A stretch of 64,000 nt of DNA from an uncultured Fidelibacterota bacterium (lineage in GTDB: Bacteria; Fidelibacterota; Marinisomatia; Marinisomatales; Marinisomataceae): NCBI GenBank assembly GCA_902599655.1, contig CACKGC010000004.1, positions 1,357-65,356 on the forward strand, read 5' to 3'. The position numbers and the translations under genes are program-made. The notes under the pieces were generated by a model. That model saw only the letters and a list, made by a program, of their open reading frames with translations, was not told the DNA's origin and searched no databases. Of this stretch, positions 10,441 through 22,200 are shown one piece after another. Each line of letters starts with the position of its first letter. Positions within the stretch are counted from its first letter, which is position 1.

Positions 10441-11527
10441 CGTTCTTCATCATATTAAAAAATTCTTTGAAAACATATCTTGAATCATGTGGTCCTGGAC
10501 TGGCTTCAGGATGATATTGAACTGAATATGCTGAAATATCATTGCAGCTTATCCCTGCAACAGTATCATCATTTAAATGTTTATGCGTAACAGTCACATT
10601 TGATGGAAGAGAATCTTCGTCAACAGCAAATCCATGATTTTGGGATGTAATTTCAACTTTGTTTGTAATTAAATTTTTAACTGGCTGATTAATACCTCTA
10701 TGACCAAACTTCATTTTGAAAGTATTAGCGCCTAATGCTAAAGCTAGAATTTGATGCCCAAGACATATTCCAAATATAGGTTTTTTACCCAACAAATTTT
10801 TTACCGTTTCTATTCCATATGTTACAGCAGCAGGGTCTCCGGGTCCATTCGATAAAAAAACACCATCTGGATTAGAAGCAAGTATTTCATCATGGGATAC
10901 ATTTGCTGGAAAGATTTCAACTTCTGCATCGTGTTCAAGCATAATGTCATATATATTGCTTTTCATGCCAAAATCAATTGCCGCAATTTTATAAATAGGA
11001 TTATCAGTATTTGATAAAACCACTTTTTTCTTTCGGGCAACTTTAATTGCTAAGTCTTGACCTTCCATTTTAGGAATATTGTTAATTTTGCTGGCCAAAT
11101 TATGAGTGTCAAAATCTTCTGTTGAAATAATTCCTCTCATTGCACCTTTTTTTCTTATATGAATAGTTAATGCTCTTGTGTCAATATCTTGAATGCCAAC
11201 TATATTATGTTTTATTAAAAAAGATGACAAAGATTCTTCAGACCTCCAATTTGAAGGTTGTATAGATTCGCTCTTAATTATAAAGCCTGTAGCATAAACT
11301 TTTTCAGATTCGGTATCGCTATTATTGGTCCCATAATTTCCTATATGTGGACTACTCATTGCAATAATCTGATTAGAATATGAAGGATCGGTTAATATTT
11401 CTTGATACCCGGTCATTCCAGTGTTGAAGCAAACTTCACCGAAAGTTTCTCCGCTTTTACCAAGACTTTTTCCGATAAAAAAAAAGCCATCCTCTAGAAA
11501 CAGGATAGCCTTTTTTAATTTTTGCAT
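10427..11527 (-). CDS. carA: Carbamoyl-phosphate synthase small (glutaminase) subunit
   Basis: 366 aa. GATase catalytic Cys motif [10 protein letters not shown] and the YHPE region ([13 protein letters not shown]). Overlaps the carB start by 14 nt. Confidence 0.95.
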   Translation of the reverse strand: MQKLKKAILFLEDGFFFIGKSLGKSGETFGEVCFNTGMTGYQEILTDPSYSNQIIAMSSPHIGNYGTNNSDTESEKVYATGFIIKSESIQPSNWRSEESLSSFLIKHNIVGIQDIDTRALTIHIRKKGAMRGIISTEDFDTHNLASKINNIPKMEGQDLAIKVARKKKVVLSNTDNPIYKIAAIDFGMKSNIYDIMLEHDAEVEIFPANVSHDEILASNPDGVFLSNGPGDPAAVTYGIETVKNLLGKKPIFGICLGHQILALALGANTFKMKFGHRGINQPVKNLITNKVEITSQNHGFAVDEDSLPSNVTVTHKHLNDDTVAGISCNDISAYSVQYHPEASPGPHDSRYVFKEFFNMMKNDAKT

Positions 11528-11555
11528 GGCCTATTTTAAATCAATTAAACAAAAA

Positions 11556-12320
11556 TTAAAACCTAATTTTTTTCCCTGTTGACATAAGTACAACTGCCAT
11601 TACTGTTGTTGCAATAGTAAATAGAACTAAAAAGATAGATGCTGCCAGAAATGAAGCATCTGAAACACCAAGCGTTGCTTCACGTAATGCGCTAATTGCA
11701 TAATAGATTGGATTTACTTGGCTTAAAGTCATAGCCCAACCAGGGAGCATTTTAATGGAATAAAATATTCCTCCAAGGAAACTAAACGGTGTAATAACAA
11801 AATTTTGTATGAGCGCAAGCTGATCCCAGGAATCGGATAGCTGTCCAACAAAAAGACCCAGACTTGAAAATGACCATGATACTAAAAGAATAAAAAATAA
11901 TGTAAGGGGTAGGTTTAAAATAGGCATTCCTGCTAGCCAACAAATCAAAAGAATTAAAATTCCATTAACAAATCCTCTAATAGCGCCTCCAATTATAAAT
12001 GATAATGATAATTCAAGGCTGGAAAGTGGAGTAATCAAAAGCTCAGGAAGAGTTTGAAGTAATTTCATTTGCAACATTGACGAGGCAGAATTTGCAACTG
12101 CGTTGGTAATAACGTTCATCATCAATAACCCTGGTAAGATATATATTTTGTATGAAACACCACCTATCTCACTAATTCTATTTTCTAGAGCTACTCCAAA
12201 AACAAAGATATATAATAAAGTAGTAACTATTCCTGGAATTATAGTTTGTCTCCAAACGGAAAAAAAACGCATAATTTCTCTTGAGGAGAGAGTATAAAAA
12301 CCAACCCAATTTTTAATCAT
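11556..12320 (-). CDS. ABC-2 type transporter permease
   Basis: 254 aa with about 6 predicted TM helices. Overlaps the upstream ABC ATPase gene by 8 nt. Confidence 0.75.
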   Translation of the reverse strand: MIKNWVGFYTLSSREIMRFFSVWRQTIIPGIVTTLLYIFVFGVALENRISEIGGVSYKIYILPGLLMMNVITNAVANSASSMLQMKLLQTLPELLITPLSSLELSLSFIIGGAIRGFVNGILILLICWLAGMPILNLPLTLFFILLVSWSFSSLGLFVGQLSDSWDQLALIQNFVITPFSFLGGIFYSIKMLPGWAMTLSQVNPIYYAISALREATLGVSDASFLAASIFLVLFTIATTVMAVVLMSTGKKIRF

Positions 12321-13242
12321 TAATTTTCCTCCCCGTTAAATCTAAAAAAACATCCTCTAAAGATGTTTGAGGAATATGGATATCTTCAATTTTAATATCT
12401 TTTTTAGAAAATTTTAAAATTATTGAAGGTAATTCAAGATTAGGTGTATCTGTAAAAATTTTCAAAGAGTTATTATCAATTTTATAATCATATTCACTTA
12501 AAAAACTTAAATCATTATTATCATTATCTTTTAATTGTATTTCAATGGAAGAGTTTTTGACCATTTTTTTTAAATTAGAAACTGTGTCTTCAACAATTAA
12601 CTTTCCTTTATCTATAATCCCGACTCTCTCACATAAAAGCTCTGCTTCATCTATATAGTGAGTTGTTAACAATATTGTTTTCCCATCTTTATGCAGTTCT
12701 TGTAAATAAAGCCATAGGTCATGCCTTAATTCAACATCAACGCCAGCAGTAGGCTCATCAAGAATGATGATTTCAGGGTCATGTACCAAAGCTTTTGCTA
12801 TTTGCAACCTTCGCTTCATTCCCCCTGAAAGCTCTCGCATTTTTTTTGTTCGATGTTTGGATAAACCTAATTTTTCTAGCAAATATTCAATTCTTTCTTT
12901 TGCGTGAGATCTTGATACTCCATAAAAACCAGCCTGAAAATACAATAATTGTTCTAGAGGGAAAAACCAGTCTGTGCTAACTTCCTGTTGCGCAATTCCA
13001 ACTTGCAATCTAGCAAATCTAAAGTCGTTTTCTATGTTTTTTCCAAAAATTTCAATATCTCCATCTGATGGTTTCACTAAGCTAGTAATTGAATTGATAG
13101 TAGTTGATTTTCCAGCGCCATTAGGACCTAGTAAGCCATAAAACTCACCTTTATTGATTTCCAAATCAATACCTTGTACTGCTTTTACATCATCGTATGA
13201 CTTAAAAAGCTTATTGATTTTTATTGCTAGATTTTTACTCAT
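12313..13242 (-). CDS. ABC transporter ATP-binding protein (ABC-2/DrrA-like exporter subfamily)
   Basis: Walker A GPNGAGKST, signature LSGGMKRRLQIA, Walker B IIILDEPTAGVD. Confidence 0.9.
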   Translation of the reverse strand: MSKNLAIKINKLFKSYDDVKAVQGIDLEINKGEFYGLLGPNGAGKSTTINSITSLVKPSDGDIEIFGKNIENDFRFARLQVGIAQQEVSTDWFFPLEQLLYFQAGFYGVSRSHAKERIEYLLEKLGLSKHRTKKMRELSGGMKRRLQIAKALVHDPEIIILDEPTAGVDVELRHDLWLYLQELHKDGKTILLTTHYIDEAELLCERVGIIDKGKLIVEDTVSNLKKMVKNSSIEIQLKDNDNNDLSFLSEYDYKIDNNSLKIFTDTPNLELPSIILKFSKKDIKIEDIHIPQTSLEDVFLDLTGRKIND

Positions 13243-14404
13243 TTAAAGGTACTATTTTATAAATACTTCCTGAAAATTCCACTATATATAATTCACCATA
13301 TATGTCTTCACCAAAAGATGATATCATACTTTTTTTATTGCCTAATAATTGAGGAGTTAAATCATTGGTCACGCCCTTTAATGGGTTAAGAGACCATATT
13401 TTTCCTGTACAAAAATCTGAAAATAAATATAACCCACTTAAATCATTAATTTTATTCCCACGATATACATATCCTCCCGTAACAGAACATCCGTAGACAT
13501 TTTTTTGATTTATATTCATAAGGCTAAATGCATATGATGCGTCGCTTGGATATTCAAATATAGGCTTAGTTAAACCATCTTGATTGCATACTTCTGTTTC
13601 ATAACAATGGTTTCCTTCCATAATCTTCCATCCAAAGTTAATATCAGATTCATTAGAACTAATTTTATTTATTTCTTCCCACAGGTATTGTCCAACGTCT
13701 CCGATGTAAAGATCGCCATTAAATTTATCAAAACTAAATCTCCATGGATTCCTTAAACCATAAGCCCAGATTTCGTCTAATTTATCCTGTTCGTTTTTAT
13801 AAGGATTAGAATCAGGTATTTTATAACCACTTTCTGTATTTATATCTATTCTTAAAATTTTTCCCAAAAAATTACTCAAATCTTGTGCATTATTTTGTGG
13901 ATCACCTGATGAACCTCCATCTCCAAATCCTAAATATAGATAATTATCTTTGGGACTAAATTCAAGATGCCCTCCGTTATGATTGCCATAAGGTTGTTCA
14001 AAATGAAATAGTTTTCTTTCAGACCAAAGATCTACTTTTTGTTTTTTATTATCATAAAAATAACTGGCTACCACAGAAAAATTATCTTTATCTACATATG
14101 AAACATAAAAAAGTCCATTTGTAACGAAATTCGGGTGAAGTGCCATCCCCAATAATCCTCTTTCGTCTGGAATCGGTCCTGTCATAACTGACTCTGAAAG
14201 ATCTATAAAAGTCGTAGTTTTATTTTTTTCAATTAATTTTATTTTACCGGTTTGTTCAACCACAAACATAGCATTTGTTTCTGGATGAAATCTTACAAGC
14301 AATGGTCGAGAAAACCCATCAGACATTAATTGTGTTTTAAATGATGGACTATTCTCAGCAAAAAGAAAAGTGGTTATTAAAAGCAGTACTAAATTAATCT
14401 TCAT
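13235..14404 (-). CDS. PQQ-dependent sugar (glucose/sorbosone) dehydrogenase-like beta-propeller, secreted
   Basis: Signal peptide MKINLVLLLITTFLFA. Family motifs HNGGHLEF, GDGGSSGDPQNNAQ and YGLRNPWRFSFD. Confidence 0.8.
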   Translation of the reverse strand: MKINLVLLLITTFLFAENSPSFKTQLMSDGFSRPLLVRFHPETNAMFVVEQTGKIKLIEKNKTTTFIDLSESVMTGPIPDERGLLGMALHPNFVTNGLFYVSYVDKDNFSVVASYFYDNKKQKVDLWSERKLFHFEQPYGNHNGGHLEFSPKDNYLYLGFGDGGSSGDPQNNAQDLSNFLGKILRIDINTESGYKIPDSNPYKNEQDKLDEIWAYGLRNPWRFSFDKFNGDLYIGDVGQYLWEEINKISSNESDINFGWKIMEGNHCYETEVCNQDGLTKPIFEYPSDASYAFSLMNINQKNVYGCSVTGGYVYRGNKINDLSGLYLFSDFCTGKIWSLNPLKGVTNDLTPQLLGNKKSMISSFGEDIYGELYIVEFSGSIYKIVPLNE

Positions 14405-16406
14405 CTAAAAACTCAAATAAATCTTTCTCTTCAACAATCTTAATACTTAAATCTTGTGCTTTTGATAATTTTGATCCTGGATTTTTTCCTACAATAACAG
14501 CACTAGTTTTTGAAGAAACAGAAGAGCTAACTGTAGCTCCTAACTTTTCTAATCGAAGCTTTAGATCGCTACGTGACAAACTTTCAAAAGATCCAGTTAT
14601 AACGACTTTGTGATTCAACATCGTCATTTTTGAGGTATCATAAGTAGTTGGTATTATCTCAATACCTAATTGAAGGCAACTTTCAACAATATTTTTATTG
14701 TTATTGTCGTTGAAATACTCTTGTATGGCTATAGCAACTGTTTCACCAATTCCATCTATTTCTATCATTTCTTCAATTGTTAATTCAGTTAATTTTTCTA
14801 AAGATGAATTACAGTATTTATCCATTATCTTGGATATATGTTGACCTACATTTGGGATACCAAGTCCAAATAAAAATCTAGGAAAAGTTGTTTTCTTAGA
14901 TAGATTTATTGAATCAATTAAATTCATTGCAGATTTATTCTTAAAACGATCTAAGTTAATTAAATCTTCATATTTTATTTTGTAAATATCATCAAAACTA
15001 TTTAATAAATCTGCTTCAAATAATTGTTTAACAATTTGGGGACCCATACCTTCAATGTTCATTGCATTCTTTGAGCAAAAATGTTCAAGTATACCCATAA
15101 CTCTTGATTTACAATTTGGATTTATACATCTATATGCTGCTTCTCCTTCAATGCGTTCGATTTTACATTCAGGATCAGGCCATTTATAATCACTAATTGA
15201 GAATTTCTTTGTATTTTTAGGTCTTTTATTTTTTAGAACCTGCGTAATCTTAGGAATAACATCGCCAGACCTTTCGATTAATACAAAATCATTAATTCTA
15301 ATATCTTTTCTATCAATTTCATCTTGATTATGAAGAGTAGCGCTGGATATCATAACACCTGACAATTCGACTTCTTTAATTTTTGCTACTGGAGTTACAA
15401 CACCTGTTCTGCCAACTTGCAAGTCAATTCCTATGATCTCGGATTCTGCTTGCTTTGCTTTAAATTTTGCAGCAATAGCCCATCTTGGAGAACGTGATCT
15501 TAATCCCAAACGTTCTCTTTTTATATAATTATTTACCTTTATTACTGAACCGTCAATTTCATAGTCTATATGATTTCGGTTTGATTCTAAAGTGTGATGA
15601 TATGAAATCATTTCTTCAGCTGATGTAATTTTTTTGGATAGTGGATTTACAGGCAGTCCAACTGTTTTTAGGTAATCAAACATTTCTACTTGATCGCTAA
15701 AATGAATATCTTTACTACCCCCAATTTCATAACAGAAAATGGAAAGATTCCGCGAGGCAGTTATGTTTGGATCTAGCTGCCTAACACTACCCGCTGCTGC
15801 ATTCCTAGCGTTTGCAAAGATTTTTTCATTTAATAATTCTCTAGTTTTGTTTAATTCGTTGAAGTCAGAAATATTCATAAAAATTTCTCCTCTAACTTCC
15901 ATGAAAGACGGGAATTCCCACAATTTTCTTAATTGTAATGGTACGGCGTTAATTGTTCTGACATTGTGTGTAATATCTTCTCCTTTGAATCCATCACCTC
16001 TTGTTAAAGCTCTCTCCAAAATCCCATTTTTATAAATTAAAGAAACTCCTAATCCATCAATTTTTGGTTCCGCTACAAAATCAACTTTAGAATTATTTAA
16101 CCATTTTTTTATGCGTTTATAAAAATCATTAATTTCTTCATCATTTATTGCATTTGATAATGATAACATTGGAACTGCATGATCATAACTTTGTAATCCA
16201 CTACTTACAGGATGACCAACTCTTTGTGTTGGTGATAAATCAGTAACTAAAGAAGGGTGTTCCTTTTCCAGCTTTTCAAGCTCTCTAAAAAGACTATCAT
16301 ACTCCTTATCAGACAACTTAGGGTCATCTAAAACATAATAAGCATAGTTATGATTATTAATTTCTGATATTAAGCTATCTATTCTTTTTTTGATTTTATC
16401 TTCCAT
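14394..16406 (-). CDS. ligA: NAD-dependent DNA ligase
   Basis: 670 aa. Adenylation lysine motif EPKIDG, a four-Cys zinc finger region (C..C...C..C around CKIERIEGEAAYRCINPNC), HhH repeats and a C-terminal BRCT domain. Confidence 0.96.
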   Translation of the reverse strand: MEDKIKKRIDSLISEINNHNYAYYVLDDPKLSDKEYDSLFRELEKLEKEHPSLVTDLSPTQRVGHPVSSGLQSYDHAVPMLSLSNAINDEEINDFYKRIKKWLNNSKVDFVAEPKIDGLGVSLIYKNGILERALTRGDGFKGEDITHNVRTINAVPLQLRKLWEFPSFMEVRGEIFMNISDFNELNKTRELLNEKIFANARNAAAGSVRQLDPNITASRNLSIFCYEIGGSKDIHFSDQVEMFDYLKTVGLPVNPLSKKITSAEEMISYHHTLESNRNHIDYEIDGSVIKVNNYIKRERLGLRSRSPRWAIAAKFKAKQAESEIIGIDLQVGRTGVVTPVAKIKEVELSGVMISSATLHNQDEIDRKDIRINDFVLIERSGDVIPKITQVLKNKRPKNTKKFSISDYKWPDPECKIERIEGEAAYRCINPNCKSRVMGILEHFCSKNAMNIEGMGPQIVKQLFEADLLNSFDDIYKIKYEDLINLDRFKNKSAMNLIDSINLSKKTTFPRFLFGLGIPNVGQHISKIMDKYCNSSLEKLTELTIEEMIEIDGIGETVAIAIQEYFNDNNNKNIVESCLQLGIEIIPTTYDTSKMTMLNHKVVITGSFESLSRSDLKLRLEKLGATVSSSVSSKTSAVIVGKNPGSKLSKAQDLSIKIVEEKDLFEFLDED

Positions 16407-17344
16407 ATAAATCCTATAAAAGCTAGTAAAATTATTAGTAACAATAATTGTAATGATAAGTTATTAATAACAATTGAATGTGCATACATATTGAAGTGGC
16501 TAGTTGCTATATCATTAAAATCAAACTCCCAATAAATAGTGTTATCGAGTTCACTTATAAATGTAGCATTGGTGTTTCTCAAATCTCCTGGAATAGCAAC
16601 ACTGAAAGTGAAACCGTCTAACATTAAATTGGTATTTTTTTCAAATTCTTTTTCTAAATCATCTATAATTATTGTCATATCTGAAAAAAAATTTTTTGGT
16701 AATCGACGCTTCATTGGTGACAAGGCATCAATAAATATTTCAGAAGATTTTCTGCTAAATTCTTTTTCATAATCTTTTTCTTCTATATATGAGATATATG
16801 AATCAATCTGATTATCTATTCTATCAAAAATAATTTTATCAATCGTATTATTTTCTTGGAATACTTTTATGCTTTCAGAAAAAATATATCTCTTTGCGGG
16901 TACTAACCACGATAAATCATCTTCATCTATATCTAAATAGTTTACTATTTCTGGATATTTTAAATCAATTTCTAGATCTTTGATATTTGATTGAAATGTA
17001 TATAAATCCCAAAAAAAATATGAATTTCTGGAAACGTCTATATCATATTGAAGGTTAGAAGAATTAGTGAAAGTTAATTTTTTTCTAGTTGGTGAGGATA
17101 AAATGGTTTCTTTTTCCCATATATTCTCTGTACCACTTTCATTTGTTTGACGTAATGAAGTTATCCAGTTATGTTTATCATTACTTGTAGGGTGTATAAA
17201 GTCACTATCAAGCAAATCATTCTTATGGCCTATAGAGTTATATTTTACTGAAAAGCTTCCATTATCAAAAATTTGTATATGGACTAAGTTTTCAACACAA
17301 GAGACCAAAAAAAATCCTAGAAAAAATAAAATTTTTCTAGGCAT
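16379..17344 (-). CDS. Hypothetical protein with an N-terminal lipoprotein-type signal and a C-terminal TM anchor
   Basis: N-terminus MPRKILFFLGFFLVSC (lipobox-like) and C-terminus LLLLIILLAFIGFIWKIKSKKE. I recognise no family motif. The 3' end overlaps the ligA start by 28 nt. Confidence 0.5.
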   Translation of the reverse strand: MPRKILFFLGFFLVSCVENLVHIQIFDNGSFSVKYNSIGHKNDLLDSDFIHPTSNDKHNWITSLRQTNESGTENIWEKETILSSPTRKKLTFTNSSNLQYDIDVSRNSYFFWDLYTFQSNIKDLEIDLKYPEIVNYLDIDEDDLSWLVPAKRYIFSESIKVFQENNTIDKIIFDRIDNQIDSYISYIEEKDYEKEFSRKSSEIFIDALSPMKRRLPKNFFSDMTIIIDDLEKEFEKNTNLMLDGFTFSVAIPGDLRNTNATFISELDNTIYWEFDFNDIATSHFNMYAHSIVINNLSLQLLLLIILLAFIGFIWKIKSKKE

Positions 17345-18432
17345 TATGAAATTACTTGAAATTCTTTAGAAGTTTTATTGAGGATTTCAGCTCCATTTTT
17401 TGTAACGATAATGTCATCTTCAATTCTTACACCACCAATATCTGGTACATAAATTCCCGGCTCAACAGTCATTACGTAGTTTTCTTCAAGAACATCTTCA
17501 CTTACTTTGCTAAACCTTGGGTCTTCGTGAATTTCCAACCCTAAAGAATGTCCTAGGCCATGATCAAAAAATTTACTATATCCTGCATTTGCTATATAAT
17601 CTCTTGCAATAGAATCAATAGACTTACAAGACATTCCAGATTTTATTCCTTCAATACTTTTAACTTGGGCATTTAAAACAATATCATAAATTGATTTTTG
17701 CTCATCTGAATATCCTTTTGTTGCGAATGATCTAGTCATATCAGCGTGATATCCTGCAAACTTTGCACCTGAATCAATAACTAACAATTCACCTGGTCCA
17801 ATTTTTCTATCTGTCGGCTTATGGTGAGGCTTAGCTGAATTTGGCCCTGAACCCACTATAGCAGCAAATGCGTCGGAATCAGAGTCTCCATACTTTCTAT
17901 ATAAAAATGATAATTGATTTGCTATGACTTTTTCTTCAACTCCAATTTTTACCATTGGCAACACTTCAGCAAACGCCTTATCTGTAATTTCAACAGCCGT
18001 TCTAATTGCTTCTAACTCTTTTTCATCCTTTGACATAGCCATTTTTTCTATAATTCCAGTAATATTTTTCAGATTTATATCATACAAAGCTTTTGACAAT
18101 TGCTGGTAGCCCTGGTGACTTACATTATTTCCATCAAAACCTATACGTTGACCGCTATTTAATAGATTTTGTTTTTTAATAACCTCATAGTGAGGGATAC
18201 TGTCTATGATAACTTTTGCTCCCTTGACTTCTTTTTCTGATTGCACAACGTATCTTCCATCCGTAATAAAATGTACTTGATCTGCTGTAATTAATAATGT
18301 TGCGCTTGATCCAGTAAAACCACATAAATACCTAATGTGCGTTAAATTAGTTACAATCATTCCATCAAGATTTTCCTTTGCAAGCTTATCAATTAATATT
18401 TGTTGTCTTCTTTGAAAATATTCAATGCTCAT
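17344..18432 (-). CDS. pepP: Xaa-Pro aminopeptidase / M24 family metallopeptidase
   Basis: 362 aa. Creatinase-like N-domain plus M24 metal-ligand motifs (DSGAKFAGYHADMTR, HGLGHSLGLEIHEDP, EPGIY). Confidence 0.85.
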   Translation of the reverse strand: MSIEYFQRRQQILIDKLAKENLDGMIVTNLTHIRYLCGFTGSSATLLITADQVHFITDGRYVVQSEKEVKGAKVIIDSIPHYEVIKKQNLLNSGQRIGFDGNNVSHQGYQQLSKALYDINLKNITGIIEKMAMSKDEKELEAIRTAVEITDKAFAEVLPMVKIGVEEKVIANQLSFLYRKYGDSDSDAFAAIVGSGPNSAKPHHKPTDRKIGPGELLVIDSGAKFAGYHADMTRSFATKGYSDEQKSIYDIVLNAQVKSIEGIKSGMSCKSIDSIARDYIANAGYSKFFDHGLGHSLGLEIHEDPRFSKVSEDVLEENYVMTVEPGIYVPDIGGVRIEDDIIVTKNGAEILNKTSKEFQVIS

Positions 18433-18440
18433 TTTAACCC

Positions 18441-18851
18441 CTACAAATTGTCTAGTATGTTTTGTGCTTTATTTTGCTCATTCTTATTTTTTGAATGACT
18501 AATTATCAAACGAAGGTTTTTCTTTGCCTGCGTTTTTTTCCCTTGAGAAATCATAAGCTTGATTAGAGAAAGTGTGACTAATTCAGGTTTTTTAGAAACT
18601 CTTTTTTTAGCACTTACTACAGGCTTATGCTTTATTGATAAATCTGGATCAAGCCTTTTTAATTCTTTATAAATGATATTTTTCTTTTTTGAATTTGTCT
18701 TATCATAGATTTCATAAAGCATCAAGTATGCAGATAAAAAATCTTTATCATGTTTTATAACTTCATTAAGTAGATTTTTAGATTCTGTGAATTGTGAAAT
18801 ATCAAAAGCTTTTTTTGCTTTAATAAATGTATTGGTAATGTTTGATATCAT
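18441..18851 (-). CDS. Hypothetical basic protein, possibly TPR-like and helical
   Basis: 136 aa, Lys-rich, no recognisable motif. Its start overlaps the stop of the upstream B12-binding protein gene by 4 nt. Confidence 0.4.
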   Translation of the reverse strand: MISNITNTFIKAKKAFDISQFTESKNLLNEVIKHDKDFLSAYLMLYEIYDKTNSKKKNIIYKELKRLDPDLSIKHKPVVSAKKRVSKKPELVTLSLIKLMISQGKKTQAKKNLRLIISHSKNKNEQNKAQNILDNL

Positions 18852-19258
18852 CTTCTATGCTCTTTGACCCAACTTTCAATATAGTCAAGTGACTCTTTTA
18901 CAGGAGTACCTGGACCGAAGAGCTTCCCAACTCCTAAACTAGATAATTCCTCAGCATCTTCCTCTGGTATAATTCCACCACCTGTTACTAAAACGTTATT
19001 CAAATTATTTTCTTTTATAAGCTCCATCACTTTTGAAAAAATTGTCATATGTGCACCTGAAAGTATTGAAAGAGCAATTACATCAACACCTTCTTGAATT
19101 GCAACTTTGACAACGCTTTCTGGTGTTTGTCTAAGTCCTAGATAGATGACATCCATACCTGCATCTCTGTAAGCAGCCGCAAGGACTTTAATTCCGCGGT
19201 CATGACCATCTAGTCCTGGTTTTGCCATTAATATTCTAATTGGTGGATTTATTTTCAT
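18848..19258 (-). CDS. Cobalamin (B12)-binding domain protein, methylmalonyl-CoA mutase small-subunit type
   Basis: 136 aa. AKPGLDGHDRGIKVLAAAYRDAGMDVIYLG carries the DxHxxG B12-binding motif, followed by ILSGAH and GGGIIP. Confidence 0.85.
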   Translation of the reverse strand: MKINPPIRILMAKPGLDGHDRGIKVLAAAYRDAGMDVIYLGLRQTPESVVKVAIQEGVDVIALSILSGAHMTIFSKVMELIKENNLNNVLVTGGGIIPEEDAEELSSLGVGKLFGPGTPVKESLDYIESWVKEHRR

Positions 19259-19268
19259 ACCTTACAAT

Positions 19269-22200
19269 TTAATCAATCCAAACGTTTGATTCCCCTAATA
19301 AATCTCTTAATAAAATTAAAAATTGATTGTTATTTGATACCTTAATCTTCTTTGAAATAATTTTTCTTTCCTGGCCGTTTTCTCCTGGAATATGCACTAC
19401 AAAAGAATGATCTCCTTTATTTTGATTTGCTAACTCAACAATATCGTTCATTAAATCTTTTGATGAATTTTTTGGCAATCTGATATTTACCTCATTTAAT
19501 TTTAAAACCTTCTTGGCGTGATTGATGGGAACGACTTCATCGACAATTAATTTTAGATCAGCAAAGTCGTTTTGTGTAGAAGTATGACCTACTAAAAATA
19601 CTATGTTATTATCTTTGATAATTTCTTTATACTTATCAAAAGCATCATGAAATATAATTGCCTCAGCTTGTCCTCCTAGACAATCTAAATTAAAAAAAGC
19701 CATCTGCTGATTCTTTTTATCAAAGTGTAGTTTAAAGTTTGTTATAGCACCACCAATTTTTACAACAGAATTCTCTTTTAATATTCTTTCTTCAGAAAAA
19801 TCGTAATTACTTAATTCTTCAATGGTATCTGCGTATTTAATTAATGGGTTTCCTGAAACATAAATTCCAAGTACTTCTTTTTCTTTTGATAGCTTCTCTT
19901 GATTCTCCCAATCTTCAATGATTGGCAAATCAGGTACTTTAATTAATTCTTCTTGATCGCCAAATAAATTAATTTGGTTTTTATTAGATTGTTTATCTAC
20001 TTGGTTACCATAGTTTATTGCTAAATCTACTGCTTCAAATAATTGTGCACGATTTTTGTTCAACGAATCAAATGCCCCAGCAAGAATTAAGCTTTCTAAT
20101 ACTTTTTTATTTACAAGCCTTTGGTCTACCTTAGAAATAAAATCAAAAATAGATTTAAATTCCCCATGCTTAATTCTCACTTCGATACACTGCTCTAGTG
20201 CTTTTACTCCAACATTTTTTACTGCATTTAATCCGAATGAGATTTCTTTATCATTTAATGGTTCAAAATTAATTCCAGATTTGTTGATATCAGGCGCATG
20301 AACCTTAATATTTAATTTTCGGCACTCATTGATTAAGACAACGACTTTATTTGTGTTATTCATCTCGCTTGTTAAGTTTGCTGACATAAATTCTGCAGTA
20401 TAATGTGTTTTCAGCCATCCTGTTTGATAGGCTATGTATGAATATGCCACAGAATGGCTTTTGTTAAAACCGTATTGAGCAAATTTATCTATTAATTCAA
20501 AAATTTGTTTTGCTTTCGCTTTTGATAAACCATTTTTTACAGCACCTTTTACAAACTTATCAGCCATTTTATCCATTAATGAGCGAATCTTTTTACCAAT
20601 TGCACGCCTCATTTCATCCGCTTCAGATAACGTAAATCCTGCGATAATATTCGCAATCTGCATTACCTGCTCTTGATAAACTATAATTCCATATGTTTCT
20701 TTTAATGCTTCCTCTAATAATGGATGAACATATTCAACTTTTTCTTTTCCATGTGCGCGTTTAATATATCGATCAATGTTTTGCATTGGACCTGGTCTAT
20801 ACAATGCATTCATTGCAATTAAACCATCTATACTTTTTGGTTGTAGTTTCTTAAGAAATTCTCTCATACCTGCTGATTCAAATTGAAAAATTCCTACTGT
20901 AAGACCTTTTGCGAATAGCTTGTAGACTTTCGGATCTTCCATATCAATTTTGTCTATATCTATATCTTCGTTAAATCTTTTTTTGATTAAATCTATTGTT
21001 TTATCAATTACTGTTAAATTTCTTAAGCCAAGAAAATCCATTTTTAGCAACCCAATCGATTCAAGCTCCTTCATATCATACTGAGTGGTTACATCGCCCT
21101 GAGAAGATCTGTAAAGGGGAACAAAGTCCGTTAAATCTCCAGGTGCAACTACAACACCAGCAGCGTGGATAGAGGCATGTCTTGTCATACCTTCTAAAAC
21201 TTTAGCATTATCAATTAATTCTTTATAATTGGTTTGTGAAACAGTTCTTAAATCCGAATTTTGTTTTAGTGCTTGATCTAGAGTTACTTTTGGACCTTCA
21301 GGAATCATTTTAGCTATCTTATCAACTTCTGAATATGAATAGCTCATAACTCTTCCTACATCTCTTATTACCGCACGAGCATTCATTTTTCCAAAAGTAA
21401 TAATTTGAGTTACAGAGTCCTCGCCATAAATACTTTTTAAATAATCTATAACCTGTCCTCTTCTTTCAACACAAAAGTCTATGTCAATATCAGGCATGCT
21501 GATTCTGTCTGGGTTTAAAAATCTTTCAAAAATCAAATTATGTTTTAAAGGATCAATATTAGTGATGCCAAGAGCATAAGATACTATACTTCCTGGAGCA
21601 GACCCTCTACCAGGTCCTACAGGTATTTTATTCTTTTTAGCATACTCCACAAAATCTGCTGTAATTAAGAAGTAGCTTGCAAATCCCATTTTTTTTATGA
21701 CTGATAACTCATAATCGAGCCTCTTATTTATCTCGCCATTGATATCTTCATATTTATCTTTCAATCCCGTAGAGCAAAGTGTCTTTAGATATTCATCAAT
21801 ATCTTTCGATTTTTTATCTCCAGGAATAGAATACCATGGTAGGTGATAGTCTTCCATGGGAATTTGGAGATCTACTGAATCAGTTAAAGCTCTTGTATTC
21901 TCTAAGGCTTCAGGAAATTGTTTAAATAATGAGAACATTTCATCTTGAGATTTAAAATAAAATTCATGTCCGGGATACTTTAATCTATTTTTATCAGATA
22001 AGTGCTTACCTGTACCAATACATATATGCACATCATGTGCTTTATAATGTTCTTTTTTTGCATAATGAGCATCATTCGTGGCAACAATTGGCAAATTCAT
22101 TTCTTTTGCAAGCTTTGTAGCTAGTTGAATGTTTTGCAACTCTTCTGGAATACCATGATTTTGAAGTTCTATGTAATATCTACCAGGGAAAATACTGGAA

